Below are positions 63,921 to 64,000 of a stretch of DNA of 64,000 nucleotides, piece after piece. Below the pieces are notes generated by a model that was given only the letters and a program-made list of their open reading frames with translations, ran no database searches and was not told where the DNA came from. How positions within the stretch are numbered: the stretch's first letter is position 1; each line of letters begins with the position of its first letter. The position numbers and the translations under genes are program-made. This DNA comes from Octopus sinensis (taxonomy: Eukaryota): positions 191,828,001 through 191,892,000 of the forward strand of contig NC_042998.1 in assembly GCF_006345805.1 (NCBI RefSeq), written 5' to 3'.

Positions 63921-64000
63921 ACTACTACTACTACTACTACTGCTGCTGCTGCTACTACTACTACTACTACTACTAATACTACTACTACTACTAATACTAA
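63921..64000. repeat. (ACT)n/(GCT)n microsatellite
   Basis: Direct reading; runs off the end of the window. Confidence 0.95.

Overview
AT-rich, microsatellite-saturated eukaryotic DNA with no recognisable host protein-coding gene (intergenic or deep intronic). The SINE families and repeat landscape look like a coleoid cephalopod, most likely Octopus; this comes from recognising motifs, not from a database search. Most of the ORF track is microsatellite artefact. The real coding relics are all decayed retroelements: CR1/L2-like LINEs (2.7-4.9 kb), RTE LINEs (3.3-3.6, 37-39.6, 52.1-53.4 kb), a HERO-like RLE element (8.4-11 kb), tandem R4/Dong-like RLE elements in (CATA)n (13.6-15.2 kb) and Penelope GIY-YIG fragments (15.7-16.0, 24.8-25.0 kb). 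Also present: tRNA-derived SINEs, a non-autonomous Helitron, MITEs and a foldback family. Most notable is a set of about 8 miniature Penelope-type elements, several with inverted pseudo-LTRs, 3' tails and target-site duplications, most carrying minimal hammerhead-ribozyme motifs. One has a tRNA-like Pol III promoter between the endonuclease stop codon and the ribozyme. Other highlights: a LINE sharing its 3' stem-loop with the dominant SINE, foldback elements built from arrays of that stem-loop, and a palindromic element with four octamer+CCAAT modules.
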